Shown in pieces: positions 1 to 8,605 of a DNA stretch of 41,025 nt. Origin of the DNA: an uncultured Thermoplasmata archaeon (lineage in GTDB: Archaea > Thermoplasmatota > Thermoplasmata > CAZPOY01); the NCBI GenBank assembly GCA_964588345.1, contig CAZPOY010000001.1:1-41025 (forward strand), given 5' to 3'. Each line of letters opens with the position of its first letter. Within the stretch, counting starts at the first letter, position 1. The notes under the pieces are model-generated. The model was given only the letters and a program-made list of their open reading frames with translations, had not been told where the DNA came from and ran no database searches. A program made the translations under genes and the position numbers.

Positions 1-798
1 AGTTACTCTAAGCAAACCAAAGTTGTGGTGTTCACGATGGATATTGAATCTTCAGAAAAAATATACGATGAAATTAGCGATTATGAGTATAATACCTTCA
101 TTATGCATTCAAGATTAACCGACTTGGAACAAAAAGAGAATATGGACGGCTTTAGAAAAGCCAAAAATGGAGTATTGGTTGCACCGAGGATTCTTGATGA
201 AGGGATCGATATTCCCGATGCAGAAATTGGAATAAATGTTGCTTCTACAAAAAGCAAACTTCAATTAGTCCAGAGAATAGGCAGAATTTTAAGAAATGTA
301 AAAGGTAAGAAACCAGTTTTCCATCATCTTGTTGCACTTCCAGATAAAAGCAATTTCCTCAAAGATATGGACGGCATATCATTTCTTGATGATTTATCAT
401 ATGTACAAGATTCGGCACTTTCGATTGGAGTTCAAGCGGAAGTTACCGATATTGATAGTGGGGGGTACTCACAGGTTGTTGAAGAATCAGAAGAATACGT
501 TCGACAAAAGGTTGAAAACGAGAAAAATATTAGATTGAAAGGGTTTGGAACCCTGAAAATTCAGAACATTGTTGCCCAATTTGTCGATGAGGATCGTAAT
601 CTGTTAATAAAAAAGCTTGAAGAACACCCTTCGAAAAGGGTATCCGACCTTGAATGGAATAGTTTCATGTCAGAATTATTCAACGTGGAAGAAAGTGAAA
701 ATCGTGATATGGCAATCATCCCAAAATCATACTGGTTGCTCCTAGCAGGAAATCGAAACCCTTCAAAAATCCTAGAAATAATCAGAGAATGCGAATGA
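1..798 (+). CDS. SF2 helicase, C-terminal RecA-like domain plus a ~150-aa extension (5' end lies outside the window)
   Basis: Frame 1 is open from nt 1, with no stop before the listed Met at 25. 'VLVAPRILDEGIDIPDAEIGINV' and 'QLVQRIGRILR' (motif VI, QxxGRxxR) are helicase C-terminal signatures, XPB/Rad25-like or type III Res-like. The sequence is low in GC. Confidence 0.7.
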   Translation, partial: SYSKQTKVVVFTMDIESSEKIYDEISDYEYNTFIMHSRLTDLEQKENMDGFRKAKNGVLVAPRILDEGIDIPDAEIGINVASTKSKLQLVQRIGRILRNVKGKKPVFHHLVALPDKSNFLKDMDGISFLDDLSYVQDSALSIGVQAEVTDIDSGGYSQVVEESEEYVRQKVENEKNIRLKGFGTLKIQNIVAQFVDEDRNLLIKKLEEHPSKRVSDLEWNSFMSELFNVEESENRDMAIIPKSYWLLLAGNRNPSKILEIIRECE

Positions 799-854
799 TT
801 TCACAATGACAAAAACCCTTTTCACCCACCATCCCTTTTCCCATACAGGGTGAT

Positions 855-1394
855 ATGATTTCATTGTTTTCAGAAAACGGGACTGACCGAGTGATGTTCT
901 TCATTGACCTGAGGAATGTTTTGAAGAGCGTTGACGTGATATCGAAATCCGGCTTTCTTTTGGACCTGGAGAATCTGGTACGCACAATCACCGGTTCAAG
1001 GCAACTGGTGGGAGCGTACGTATTCGACAGCGTTGCAAAATTTGGCGTGGAAGACAAAGGAAGGAAACTGCATGACAAATTGAGATATCTGGGTTTCCGA
1101 ATCATCGCAAGGAATTCTTTTGATGTCGAATCGAACACGCAAAAAGAGGTAGACGTGGCCCTAGCATGCGACATGGTTTCACACAGCCTCAAGGACAATT
1201 ACGATGTGGCCGTGTTGGTAAGCGGGGACAGGGATTTTACTCCTGCAATTGAACAAGTCCAATCATGCGGAAAAAGGGTTGAAGTCGCAGCATTCTCTCA
1301 CTCCCGAAGCGATGAACTTTGGAGGAAAGCAGACCATTACCATTCGCTCGATTCTTATCCTCTTCTCTTATGCCAAGGGGAGGAAGAAGAATGA
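855..1394 (+). CDS. NYN/LabA-like (PIN-related) nuclease-fold protein
   Basis: 'VMFFIDLRNV', 'QKEVDVALACDM' and 'DVAVLVSGDRDFTPAIEQVQSCGKRVEVAAF' match the conserved acidic and Rossmann-like core of the NYN (LabA/DUF88) family. It starts 57 nt after the helicase stop. Confidence 0.7.
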   Translation: MISLFSENGTDRVMFFIDLRNVLKSVDVISKSGFLLDLENLVRTITGSRQLVGAYVFDSVAKFGVEDKGRKLHDKLRYLGFRIIARNSFDVESNTQKEVDVALACDMVSHSLKDNYDVAVLVSGDRDFTPAIEQVQSCGKRVEVAAFSHSRSDELWRKADHYHSLDSYPLLLCQGEEEE

Positions 1395-2239
1395 CCGAAA
1401 AAATGGATTTTTTCGAATTCCAGAAGAAGATGGGCTTTCCGCAAGAGGACATGGACGAAATGGAGGACACGCGAATTCTTACTTTTTACGAAGGAGAAAA
1501 CGAGTCTACCATCTCCCGTTTGAACGGAGGTGCCATCGTCTTTCCCCATAGAGAATATAGAGGCATGGTCAAAATGGGAGACACTTGGATTTGCGACCTT
1601 GACAAGCGGGACAGAGTATATTTTGCAAGACCGATAATTAAGATAGACTCACAGTTTTTCTTTGATTTGAAAAGGGAACAGATGGATGTTGTGGTGAACA
1701 CACTCTGGGAAAAACACAAGGACATGTTGGAACCGATGCTTGAAGACAAATATCGGGACTCCTTGAAGAACGTTCTTGAAGAAAAAATTGCCAACATCAA
1801 CAAAGAAAAAGAAGAAGCCCTGGAGAAAATCGCAGAACTGGAAGCCGATAAAAACAACCTAAAGAAGAAGATGGAGATGACCATCGCCTCCATGGAGGAG
1901 GAGATGAAGGAGCTGAAGGAGAACAACGAAAAAGCCAACGAACAAGAAAGGAACGTCCCACAAGATATAATCTCCAAATCAGAATTGCATCCCCTGATAG
2001 AAAGAAACGAACCGGACACCCTATATTCCGATAGCTTCAATGAAAGGTACTACACAGCACATATAAGCTACGACAGGTCGCTCATGACCATCAAACCAGA
2101 CAAGAACGGAAAAATCCATTGCAAGAATAAAAAACTCACGATTAAAGGCCTTGGACTGGTGTCCGAGTTCCAGGGCAAAGGTACGCTTCCTGCCGAATAC
2201 AACCCCAAATACGGAGCAATCCTCGTCATGCTGAAATGA
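1391..2239 (+). CDS. Hypothetical coiled-coil protein (small beta-rich N- and C-terminal domains flank a Lys/Glu heptad region)
   Basis: ATG at 1391 overlaps the NYN stop (ATGA), implying translational coupling. The ORF-track start at 1319 lies inside the NYN gene and was not used. The central segment 'EEKIANINKEKEEALEKIAELEADKNNLKKKMEMTIASMEEEMKELKENNEKANEQ' is typical coiled coil. I recognise no family. Confidence 0.55.
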   Translation: MTEKMDFFEFQKKMGFPQEDMDEMEDTRILTFYEGENESTISRLNGGAIVFPHREYRGMVKMGDTWICDLDKRDRVYFARPIIKIDSQFFFDLKREQMDVVVNTLWEKHKDMLEPMLEDKYRDSLKNVLEEKIANINKEKEEALEKIAELEADKNNLKKKMEMTIASMEEEMKELKENNEKANEQERNVPQDIISKSELHPLIERNEPDTLYSDSFNERYYTAHISYDRSLMTIKPDKNGKIHCKNKKLTIKGLGLVSEFQGKGTLPAEYNPKYGAILVMLK

Positions 2240-2263
2240 ATCCCCTCGAGGATTTTCCAGCAA

Positions 2264-2445
2264 CAAGTTTGACACTTAGTACCCCAAATTTGAGATGACA
2301 AATTTAGGTTTCACCCCAAATTTGACAAGCAAATCTGGTTTTTACTCAACTTTGCCATGCTTCTTTTTTATGATATGTCAAAGTTGCGTTTCACTCGACT
2401 TTTACTCATATTGGGGCTAAATGTCAAAGTCGAGAAGTGAAACCA
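2264..2445. repeat. Cluster of palindromic intergenic repeats (CCYAAAYTTG..CAARNTTRGG hairpins and a GTTTCACTCGACTTT..AAAGTCGAGAAGTGAAAC hairpin)
   Basis: 2283-2308 'ccccaaatttgagatgacaaatttagg' and 2313-2337 are self-complementary. 2388-2434 is a 45/47 inverted copy of 38553-38599. 2336-2356 matches the reverse complement of 38647-38668 at about 16/19. Confidence 0.6.
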
Positions 2446-2533
2446 AGATGGGATTCCAAAGTTCTAGAAAAATCTCTGCGGTCAATATCAGACAAGCAGG
2501 AATTGCAGACTGAAACAAATTCTAAAGACAATA

Positions 2534-3463
2534 TTATATAAATTCCACGGAAGAAGAATATTCTTCAAATACCTTTTTTGAAGGCAAATAATAATTTGAA
2601 GGGGTTTTTTCTAACAAATCGATTCTAGTTAATTCTTTTAAATAGCTATTAGTTTTTAAATATGAATGTGAAGAATGATACATCGATTTCATGGAGGAAA
2701 GAAAATCATCGATTTTAAAATGCGTCCTCCTATTAGACATCAAAGATGAGATATAATTTGTGTTGGTGAGTCGTAAAAGAGGTGTTAAATGATTGATTCT
2801 CTTTTTTTCTTTTAAATATGGAAAACCATGATATATCACATCACCAATTAGAATGTTTAGAAAATCTTCGGATTCAATAGAACCACCAAACGTAACTTCC
2901 AAAGATTGAAATTTATTTCCTTTTATTATTCGTGAATTATTTAGTTCGATATAATCTAAATTTTTTAAAAATGGAACATATTTTTTATGAGAATCGTCAA
3001 TATTTTTTTTAGAGCATCCTTCTGGAAAGGCAATTAACGCTTCAAATATTTCTCTAATAGGATTTAATCCGATATCGACAAGTCTAGATTTTGAAAGTTT
3101 TGTATTTGCAATACGTAATATTGTTTTTTCTCCTTCTGAAAGCATATTATTATATTTTTCTAATAATCTAGTATTGAAAGTACCATAATCTTCCCAAAAG
3201 ATTACAAATTTTTCATTTTTGATATGAATAGGGAGGTGTAAAATGTCATCAAAATCGATGTATCTAATTATAAAATTGTTAGAATAGTCGTCACGTATAA
3301 TTTTTGAGTACTTATATCCTAACTCTATGAACATGTCTTCTTTAGTGGGCGGAGTGGTTACAATTACTTGTCTTCCATAATGATTTGCTACGGAATAACC
3401 AATTTCATTCTTTAATTTTTCAAATGAAGAGAAAGTTGCGAAATTAGTGTTATTTGAATGCAT
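2534..3463 (-). CDS. Hypothetical protein, 309 aa, no recognisable family (second gene of the AT-rich cassette)
   Basis: Long ORF in very AT-rich DNA with Asn/Lys/Ile-rich composition. It overlaps the upstream gene by 14 nt (3450-3463), which suggests an operon. Confidence 0.55.
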   Translation of the reverse strand: MHSNNTNFATFSSFEKLKNEIGYSVANHYGRQVIVTTPPTKEDMFIELGYKYSKIIRDDYSNNFIIRYIDFDDILHLPIHIKNEKFVIFWEDYGTFNTRLLEKYNNMLSEGEKTILRIANTKLSKSRLVDIGLNPIREIFEALIAFPEGCSKKNIDDSHKKYVPFLKNLDYIELNNSRIIKGNKFQSLEVTFGGSIESEDFLNILIGDVIYHGFPYLKEKKRINHLTPLLRLTNTNYISSLMSNRRTHFKIDDFLSSMKSMYHSSHSYLKTNSYLKELTRIDLLEKTPSNYYLPSKKVFEEYSSSVEFI

Positions 3464-4151
3464 CTAGACCTCTCCTTACTTCAGGTTCAAACCAACAAAT
3501 TTCCCTTTTATTGGCTTTTTTACCTAATCTACTTCCTTGATAATCCCAATACCTCATAAATTTTTCCTCTCTTAGATGTACTATTGATCTATGGTCAATT
3601 TCTTGATTTTTCAATGCAATTAAAGGGTCATAGAAAAAAATCTCTTCATGTTTATAATCTAATAAAATCACACTATGGCTAAGTGGGTTAGACCCTTCAT
3701 TGATAATTTCATTACTGTCTGAGATATATTGTGGCGATAGAGTTGCCACTATGGGTGAAGTTTCAGTTTCCATGATTATTTTCTTTATATCGGAAAGACC
3801 ATGTATTTTTTTAGGTAAACGACCTTTGAAAGAATCTCGAAAACGGAAAATCAGCCGTTTTTCATAATTGTCAAATCTTCTGTAAAATTTTTTTTCTAAT
3901 TTTTTGTTTGAAATGGAAGTACCAGGTTTTTTGTGCTTCATATTTCCCTTGAAAAGAACATTGTAATCAGTTATGGTATACATTTCATTCAAATCAATAG
4001 AGTAATAATCTGGGTTACGAAATAAAACATTACAAAAATTTCTGAGTGAACCTAAAAGACAAACCGGAAAACAATCATCGGGATTATGTTGATACAAAAA
4101 GAAATTTAATCTATCCTCTAACCTATTCTCTTCCATTGGCAAGACATTCAT
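3450..4151 (-). CDS. Putative papain-fold cysteine peptidase, C39-like, stand-alone
   Basis: 'YQHNPDDCFPVCLLGSL' fits the C39 Gln-x5-Cys oxyanion/nucleophile block. 'SHSVILLDYKHEEIFFYDP' fits the C39 His...Asp block. The start is set at Met 4151. The listed 4421 start gives a Pro/Ser/Thr-rich GC-rich extension antisense to the 4297 gene. Confidence 0.45.
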   Translation of the reverse strand: MNVLPMEENRLEDRLNFFLYQHNPDDCFPVCLLGSLRNFCNVLFRNPDYYSIDLNEMYTITDYNVLFKGNMKHKKPGTSISNKKLEKKFYRRFDNYEKRLIFRFRDSFKGRLPKKIHGLSDIKKIIMETETSPIVATLSPQYISDSNEIINEGSNPLSHSVILLDYKHEEIFFYDPLIALKNQEIDHRSIVHLREEKFMRYWDYQGSRLGKKANKREICWFEPEVRRGLDAFK

Positions 4152-4248
4152 TATAATATCATTAAATAAAAGTTCCGATTGTTTATTTCTTACAAAGATT
4201 TTTATTTTGTGGTTTTTTTGAATCCCCCCCTTGGATTCTCCCGCCAAA

Positions 4249-4257
4249 CAATATAAA
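4249..4257 (+). promoter_or_regulatory. Candidate TATA-like box for the 4297 STAND gene
   Basis: 'aatataaa' lies about 40-48 nt upstream of the ATG at 4297, at the AT-rich/GC-rich boundary. Confidence 0.25.
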
Positions 4258-4296
4258 CCCTGAAAGCATAATCCCCTTTGTGAGTTGAGAAGGTCA

Positions 4297-7149
4297 ATGC
4301 AAAGCGGTGAATTGTTCGTTGGCAGGGACGAGGAAGTCCGATTGCTTGAGGATGCTATTGACGGGGCCGGCCGAAATGAAGGAGGAGCCGTTCTTGTCGT
4401 AGGCGAAGCGGGCATCGGCAAGACCGCACTTTTGAATCACGTTTTGTCACAACGCAGTGAGAAAGAAACCCTCGTCTTCAAGGGAAACGTCGAAGAAGAC
4501 CACTTCGAACCGTACAAGGCATTCGCCGATGCCCTGGAAGGCGTAGTGGAGAAAGACCTATTCACATCCAAGCATCACAATGCGTTCCTGCAGGTATTTG
4601 CCGTGGACAAGGCCGGCATACTCATGGCCAAGGGCGAAGGCCAAGAAGACCTTGACGGAGACATTTTCGCAGGCATGTTCTCAGCAGTACAGCAGTTCAT
4701 CGCGGATTCCTTCGACAGGGAAGGAGGACTGGGAAGACTCGAATACGGAGACATGAAGATACTTCTCGAACATGGCGAAAAACACTTCCTGGCCGGCGTT
4801 TTCAAGGGCGAAGAACACCCGCTGATGAAAATCGAACTGAAAAAGACCCTGGCCAAGCAGGAAAAGGTCATGAAAGGCATTCAGGGAGAGTGGGACGGTG
4901 AAATGTCGGTGATGCAACCGATTAAAAGAACGGTTCGGCAACTCATGGAGAAACGATTTCCGGTGAGAAGGGAACTTCGAGGTGACGCCCTGGAAGAAGA
5001 GAGACTGAGGGTGGCTGAAGCAACCCTGTCAGCCCTTTTGGACCATTCAAAAGAAGGGCCGGTGATCCTGGTTTTGGAAAACCTCCAGTGGGCCAGGACC
5101 TCGGGCCTTTTCCTTTTCGATTACATCGCTAGGAACGCATCGGAATCAAAAATTCTCGTTCTGGGAACGGCAAGGCAAAAAAAGAAAATGAACCTGAAGA
5201 ACATTGCAGCGGAGGTCAAATTGAAAGGCCTCGACAAGGAGGACGTGAATCGGATGATAAACGAGACCCTTTCGCCCAACAACTTTCCCGAGACCCTATC
5301 TCACAATCTAACGGAGAAGTGCCGTGGCAACCCCCTTTTCATCTCCGAGTTCATGGAACACATGAAGGCCGAAGGAAACATTGTCAAAGAAGAGGGTACC
5401 TTCTTGCTGGCCGACCAGGAGTACTCCGTGCCCCATTCCGTGGAGGACACGGTGGAGATGCGATTTTTCAGGATGGACCCGGCAACCGTTGCCTTGGCGG
5501 AATACCTCTCACTTGTCGGACCGGAATTTCCCCCATCCGCACTGGACGGATTTAACATGAATGGCAAGGAGACCGCCCTCAAGGACCTCGAGGAATACGA
5601 AATCCTGCTCAAAAAAGACGAAAACCTCCACTTTGCCCAGTCACTTTTCAGGGAATGCCTGTCAAAGAACATCTCTCCCAGATGGCGTGTCTTCCATCAC
5701 AGGAACATAGGCGAACATTACGAAAGACAATGGCAAGACCGTCTTGACGAGGTCATCTTCAAGCTCGCCCATCACTTCTACCACGCTGGGGAAGATAAGA
5801 AGGCCTTCGAGTACAATTTCCGGGCCGGTGAAAAAGCCGAAGCGGAATACGCTTTGGAAAGTGCCTTGAAGCTATACGGAAGGGCGTTGGAAAAGGGACC
5901 GAAGGTCCCTGCCAAGACCCGGGCGGACATTCACGAGCGGATGGGGGACGTCAGCCGCACCGTAGGCGATTTTGAGGGGTCCTTGAACCATTACGACCAA
6001 ACGATGAAGTTAGGGGCAAAGAACGACGGAAGGGTCATGAGGAAGAAGGCAAAGACCTTGGTAAGCACCGGGAAATACGAGGAAGCCCTTGAATTGCTTG
6101 AAAAGGCGAAAGGATTTCTTGAGAATGACGTCGTTCAACTCACTTCGGTTCTTGAGACCGTGGCCGAAATACGCATGCGGAAAGGCGATTTCCAAGGCCT
6201 GGAGGAAAACCTGGTAGAAGGGAAGGCCACAGCCACGGACCAGAAATATGAAAAAGGCCGGATGAACCTAACGCATCTGCTGGGTAACCTGCACTGGTTC
6301 CAAGGCCATTTCGACAGAGCCGAACGATTTTATGCGGAAGCATCGGCAATGGCTGAAAAACTGAATGACGAGATGGGGATATCCCGGTCAAGAAACAACC
6401 TCGGGGTCATCCAGATGGAACGGGGCGAACTGGACAAGGCGGAAAAGAATTTCCAGGAGGCCCTAGCCCTAGACAAGAAGATGGGGAGGGTTGCCGACGA
6501 AGCCCTCATCCTGGACAACATCGCTGACATCTACGATTGCAGGGGTGACCTGGAAGCGGCTCTTGATTACCACGAACAGGCATTGAACATCAACAAGAGA
6601 ATCGATTACAAGGAAGGGGTCGCATGGTCCATCATCGGCATCGCCAATGAATACAATGAGCTAGAAAACTACCGCAAGGCCATCGAAAGTTTCCATGAGG
6701 CTATCACCACCCTGGAGGAAATTGACAACCAGGAGATGCTGATACACGCCTACTACGGATTGGCTGAAAGTTACAACGAGGTAGAGAATTTCGAAAAAGC
6801 CGTGGAGTACGCGGAAATGTCCATGGACCTTGCCAGGAAGAACGGAAAAAGGAGGGAGGAGGGCGTGACGCACCACGTCTTCGGCCTCATATTCATGAAG
6901 AAAGGCGACCTAACCGAAGCCGGAAAACGATTCCAGGCGTCAAGGAAGATAATGGAAGAGAACAAGGACGAACTCATCCTGGCGCAACTGGATTACGAGG
7001 AAGGGCGGCTGGAGATGAAAAAGGGGAACGCGGACCGGGGGGTCGAACTCATGAAACGGTCCTTGGAAAAATTCAAAAAAATCGGCCATGGTTATTGGGC
7101 AAACAAGATAGAAAAGGAGATTGCTGACCAGATACACAAGAAAGCGTGA
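4297..7149 (+). CDS. AAA_16/STAND-type P-loop ATPase with an inserted alpha/beta domain and a C-terminal TPR array (paralog 1)
   Basis: 'FVGRDEEVRLLEDAI...VLVVGEAGIGKTALL' (Walker A), 'PVILVLENLQWAR' (Walker B-like hhhhDDhqWAD), then about 430 aa of TPR-like helices ('ALKLYGRALE', 'AEKNFQEALALDKK', 'ALDYHEQALNINKR'). The ATG at 4297 is preferred over the TTG at 4285. Confidence 0.75.
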   Translation: MQSGELFVGRDEEVRLLEDAIDGAGRNEGGAVLVVGEAGIGKTALLNHVLSQRSEKETLVFKGNVEEDHFEPYKAFADALEGVVEKDLFTSKHHNAFLQVFAVDKAGILMAKGEGQEDLDGDIFAGMFSAVQQFIADSFDREGGLGRLEYGDMKILLEHGEKHFLAGVFKGEEHPLMKIELKKTLAKQEKVMKGIQGEWDGEMSVMQPIKRTVRQLMEKRFPVRRELRGDALEEERLRVAEATLSALLDHSKEGPVILVLENLQWARTSGLFLFDYIARNASESKILVLGTARQKKKMNLKNIAAEVKLKGLDKEDVNRMINETLSPNNFPETLSHNLTEKCRGNPLFISEFMEHMKAEGNIVKEEGTFLLADQEYSVPHSVEDTVEMRFFRMDPATVALAEYLSLVGPEFPPSALDGFNMNGKETALKDLEEYEILLKKDENLHFAQSLFRECLSKNISPRWRVFHHRNIGEHYERQWQDRLDEVIFKLAHHFYHAGEDKKAFEYNFRAGEKAEAEYALESALKLYGRALEKGPKVPAKTRADIHERMGDVSRTVGDFEGSLNHYDQTMKLGAKNDGRVMRKKAKTLVSTGKYEEALELLEKAKGFLENDVVQLTSVLETVAEIRMRKGDFQGLEENLVEGKATATDQKYEKGRMNLTHLLGNLHWFQGHFDRAERFYAEASAMAEKLNDEMGISRSRNNLGVIQMERGELDKAEKNFQEALALDKKMGRVADEALILDNIADIYDCRGDLEAALDYHEQALNINKRIDYKEGVAWSIIGIANEYNELENYRKAIESFHEAITTLEEIDNQEMLIHAYYGLAESYNEVENFEKAVEYAEMSMDLARKNGKRREEGVTHHVFGLIFMKKGDLTEAGKRFQASRKIMEENKDELILAQLDYEEGRLEMKKGNADRGVELMKRSLEKFKKIGHGYWANKIEKEIADQIHKKA

Positions 7150-7269
7150 AAATGATAGTACCCAAACGTCACACGTTTTTTCGATTGAACAGCCCTCATC
7201 TGAATGTTCGCTGACAAAAGTTGAAAGAAACATTTTTTAACCCCATCCCCATTCCTGTTCCGTGGTTGA

Positions 7270-8025
7270 ATGATTTCGGGTTGTCAAAGGTTGCTTCTCA
7301 TTCTCCTGGTCACATGCATGGCATCAAGCAACGGTGGTGCCGAGATTTCCGATTTCCAGGACAACTGGACATATGTGGGAGAAGACGTCGTGTCGGGATA
7401 CGACCGGGTTTGTATGTGTGGGGAAGACGCCTGCGACCTTCGAATGACCATCGATGAGGGATTTGGCGATGGAAACGGTGTGGTGACGTCGGAGGAGGTC
7501 CAGAATTTCTCCATCCGAGCGACGGGGGAAGAGTGCGTCAAAGACCAGCGTATCCTGCTTAACGGGAATGGCGGCAACTCAAAGATAGTAGAAATCATCC
7601 TCGAAGGTGCCGAAGGACCGACCAATTCCACGGACCCCTTTGCCATCTATACCTACATTGAGTTCGATTTCGACCTAAACCCGGAGCGGGAGAATGAACT
7701 CTCCTTCACCTTCGTTTCCGACTCGGAAGAAGACCGGACCTCGGATTTCGCCTTCGAGGTGCCCCGGGGATGGAGGGTCGATTCAGTGAAAGGGCTGAGG
7801 AACCACACCGTTGAAGAGAGATTCGTCGAGGGGGAAGCGCATTTAAACGAGGAAGTAACGGTTCGCTTTTCCAAGGACGACGGGGCGGACATGATAATCA
7901 TGTATCTGCTTGGAGGGGCCTGCCTTCTGCTGGCCGTTCTCATGACTACTTACCTAGTCATCGCATTCAAAAAAAGAAAAGCGTCCCACCATAATCTATT
8001 ATATCATCCCAGTAAATACCCATAG
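7270..8025 (+). CDS. Secreted, C-terminally membrane-anchored hypothetical protein
   Basis: Signal peptide 'MISGCQRLLLILLVTCMASS'. The ectodomain carries N-x-S/T sequons. C-terminal TM 'MIIMYLLGGACLLLAVLMTTYLVIAF' is followed by 'KKRK'. Confidence 0.6.
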   Translation: MISGCQRLLLILLVTCMASSNGGAEISDFQDNWTYVGEDVVSGYDRVCMCGEDACDLRMTIDEGFGDGNGVVTSEEVQNFSIRATGEECVKDQRILLNGNGGNSKIVEIILEGAEGPTNSTDPFAIYTYIEFDFDLNPERENELSFTFVSDSEEDRTSDFAFEVPRGWRVDSVKGLRNHTVEERFVEGEAHLNEEVTVRFSKDDGADMIIMYLLGGACLLLAVLMTTYLVIAFKKRKASHHNLLYHPSKYP

Positions 8026-8035
8026 CGGTGAAAAA

Positions 8036-8605
8036 ATGCTTGACCTGTTGCTTTGCATATCCGGCATCGGCTTTGCGATAATCGCAATTGTCATCGTCGT
8101 CTGGTTCATAGCCATTTACAACTCCTTCATTTCCCTCCGCAATCGCGTGGAAAATGGCTGGGCCCAGATAGACGTTCAGACTAAGAAAAGATTCGACCTG
8201 GTCCCCAACCTCGTGGAAACGGTCAAGGGGTACGCCTCCCATGAAAAGAGCGTTCTTACGGAAGTGACCGAGGCCAGGGCCGCCATCAGCAAGGCAGGTT
8301 CCCCCGGAGAGCGCATCGAAGCTGAGAACCAGCTCACCGGCGCCCTCAAGACGCTTTTTGCCGTGTCCGAGAATTATCCCGACCTGAAGGCCAACCAGAA
8401 TTTTCTCATGCTTCAAGAGGAACTATCGGGCATCGAGAACAAGATAGCATACGCAAGACAGTTTTACAACGACACCGTGATGAGGTTCAATGAGAAGTGC
8501 CAGAAGTTCCCCAGCAACATCGTTGCCAGGATATTCGGATTCAAAGAAAAGGTTTATTTCGAGGTCGAACCCGAATCCCGAGAATCGGTTAAAGTGAAGT
8601 TCTGA
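8036..8605 (+). CDS. lemA: LemA family membrane protein
   Basis: N-terminal TM followed by 'YNSFISLRNRVENGWAQIDVQTKKRFDLVPNLVETVKGYASHEKSVLTEVTEAR' and 'ENYPDLKANQNF', a typical LemA core. Confidence 0.85.
   Translation: MLDLLLCISGIGFAIIAIVIVVWFIAIYNSFISLRNRVENGWAQIDVQTKKRFDLVPNLVETVKGYASHEKSVLTEVTEARAAISKAGSPGERIEAENQLTGALKTLFAVSENYPDLKANQNFLMLQEELSGIENKIAYARQFYNDTVMRFNEKCQKFPSNIVARIFGFKEKVYFEVEPESRESVKVKF

Noticed and set aside
2264-2445. The GTTTCAC...GTGAAAC-type repeats might be a small CRISPR array.
   Set aside because: There is no regular repeat-spacer periodicity. The units are palindromes of differing length and sequence, and no cas genes are in the window. The same words occur singly at 9.5, 37.6 and 38.6 kb.
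4152-4421. The N-terminal 90-aa extension of the listed 3450-4421 minus-strand ORF ('MPMPASPTTRTAPPSFRP...').
   Set aside because: It is GC-rich and Pro/Ser/Thr-rich, unlike the AT-rich remainder. It runs antisense across the start of the well-supported STAND gene at 4297. An internal Met at 4151 gives a compositionally uniform protein.
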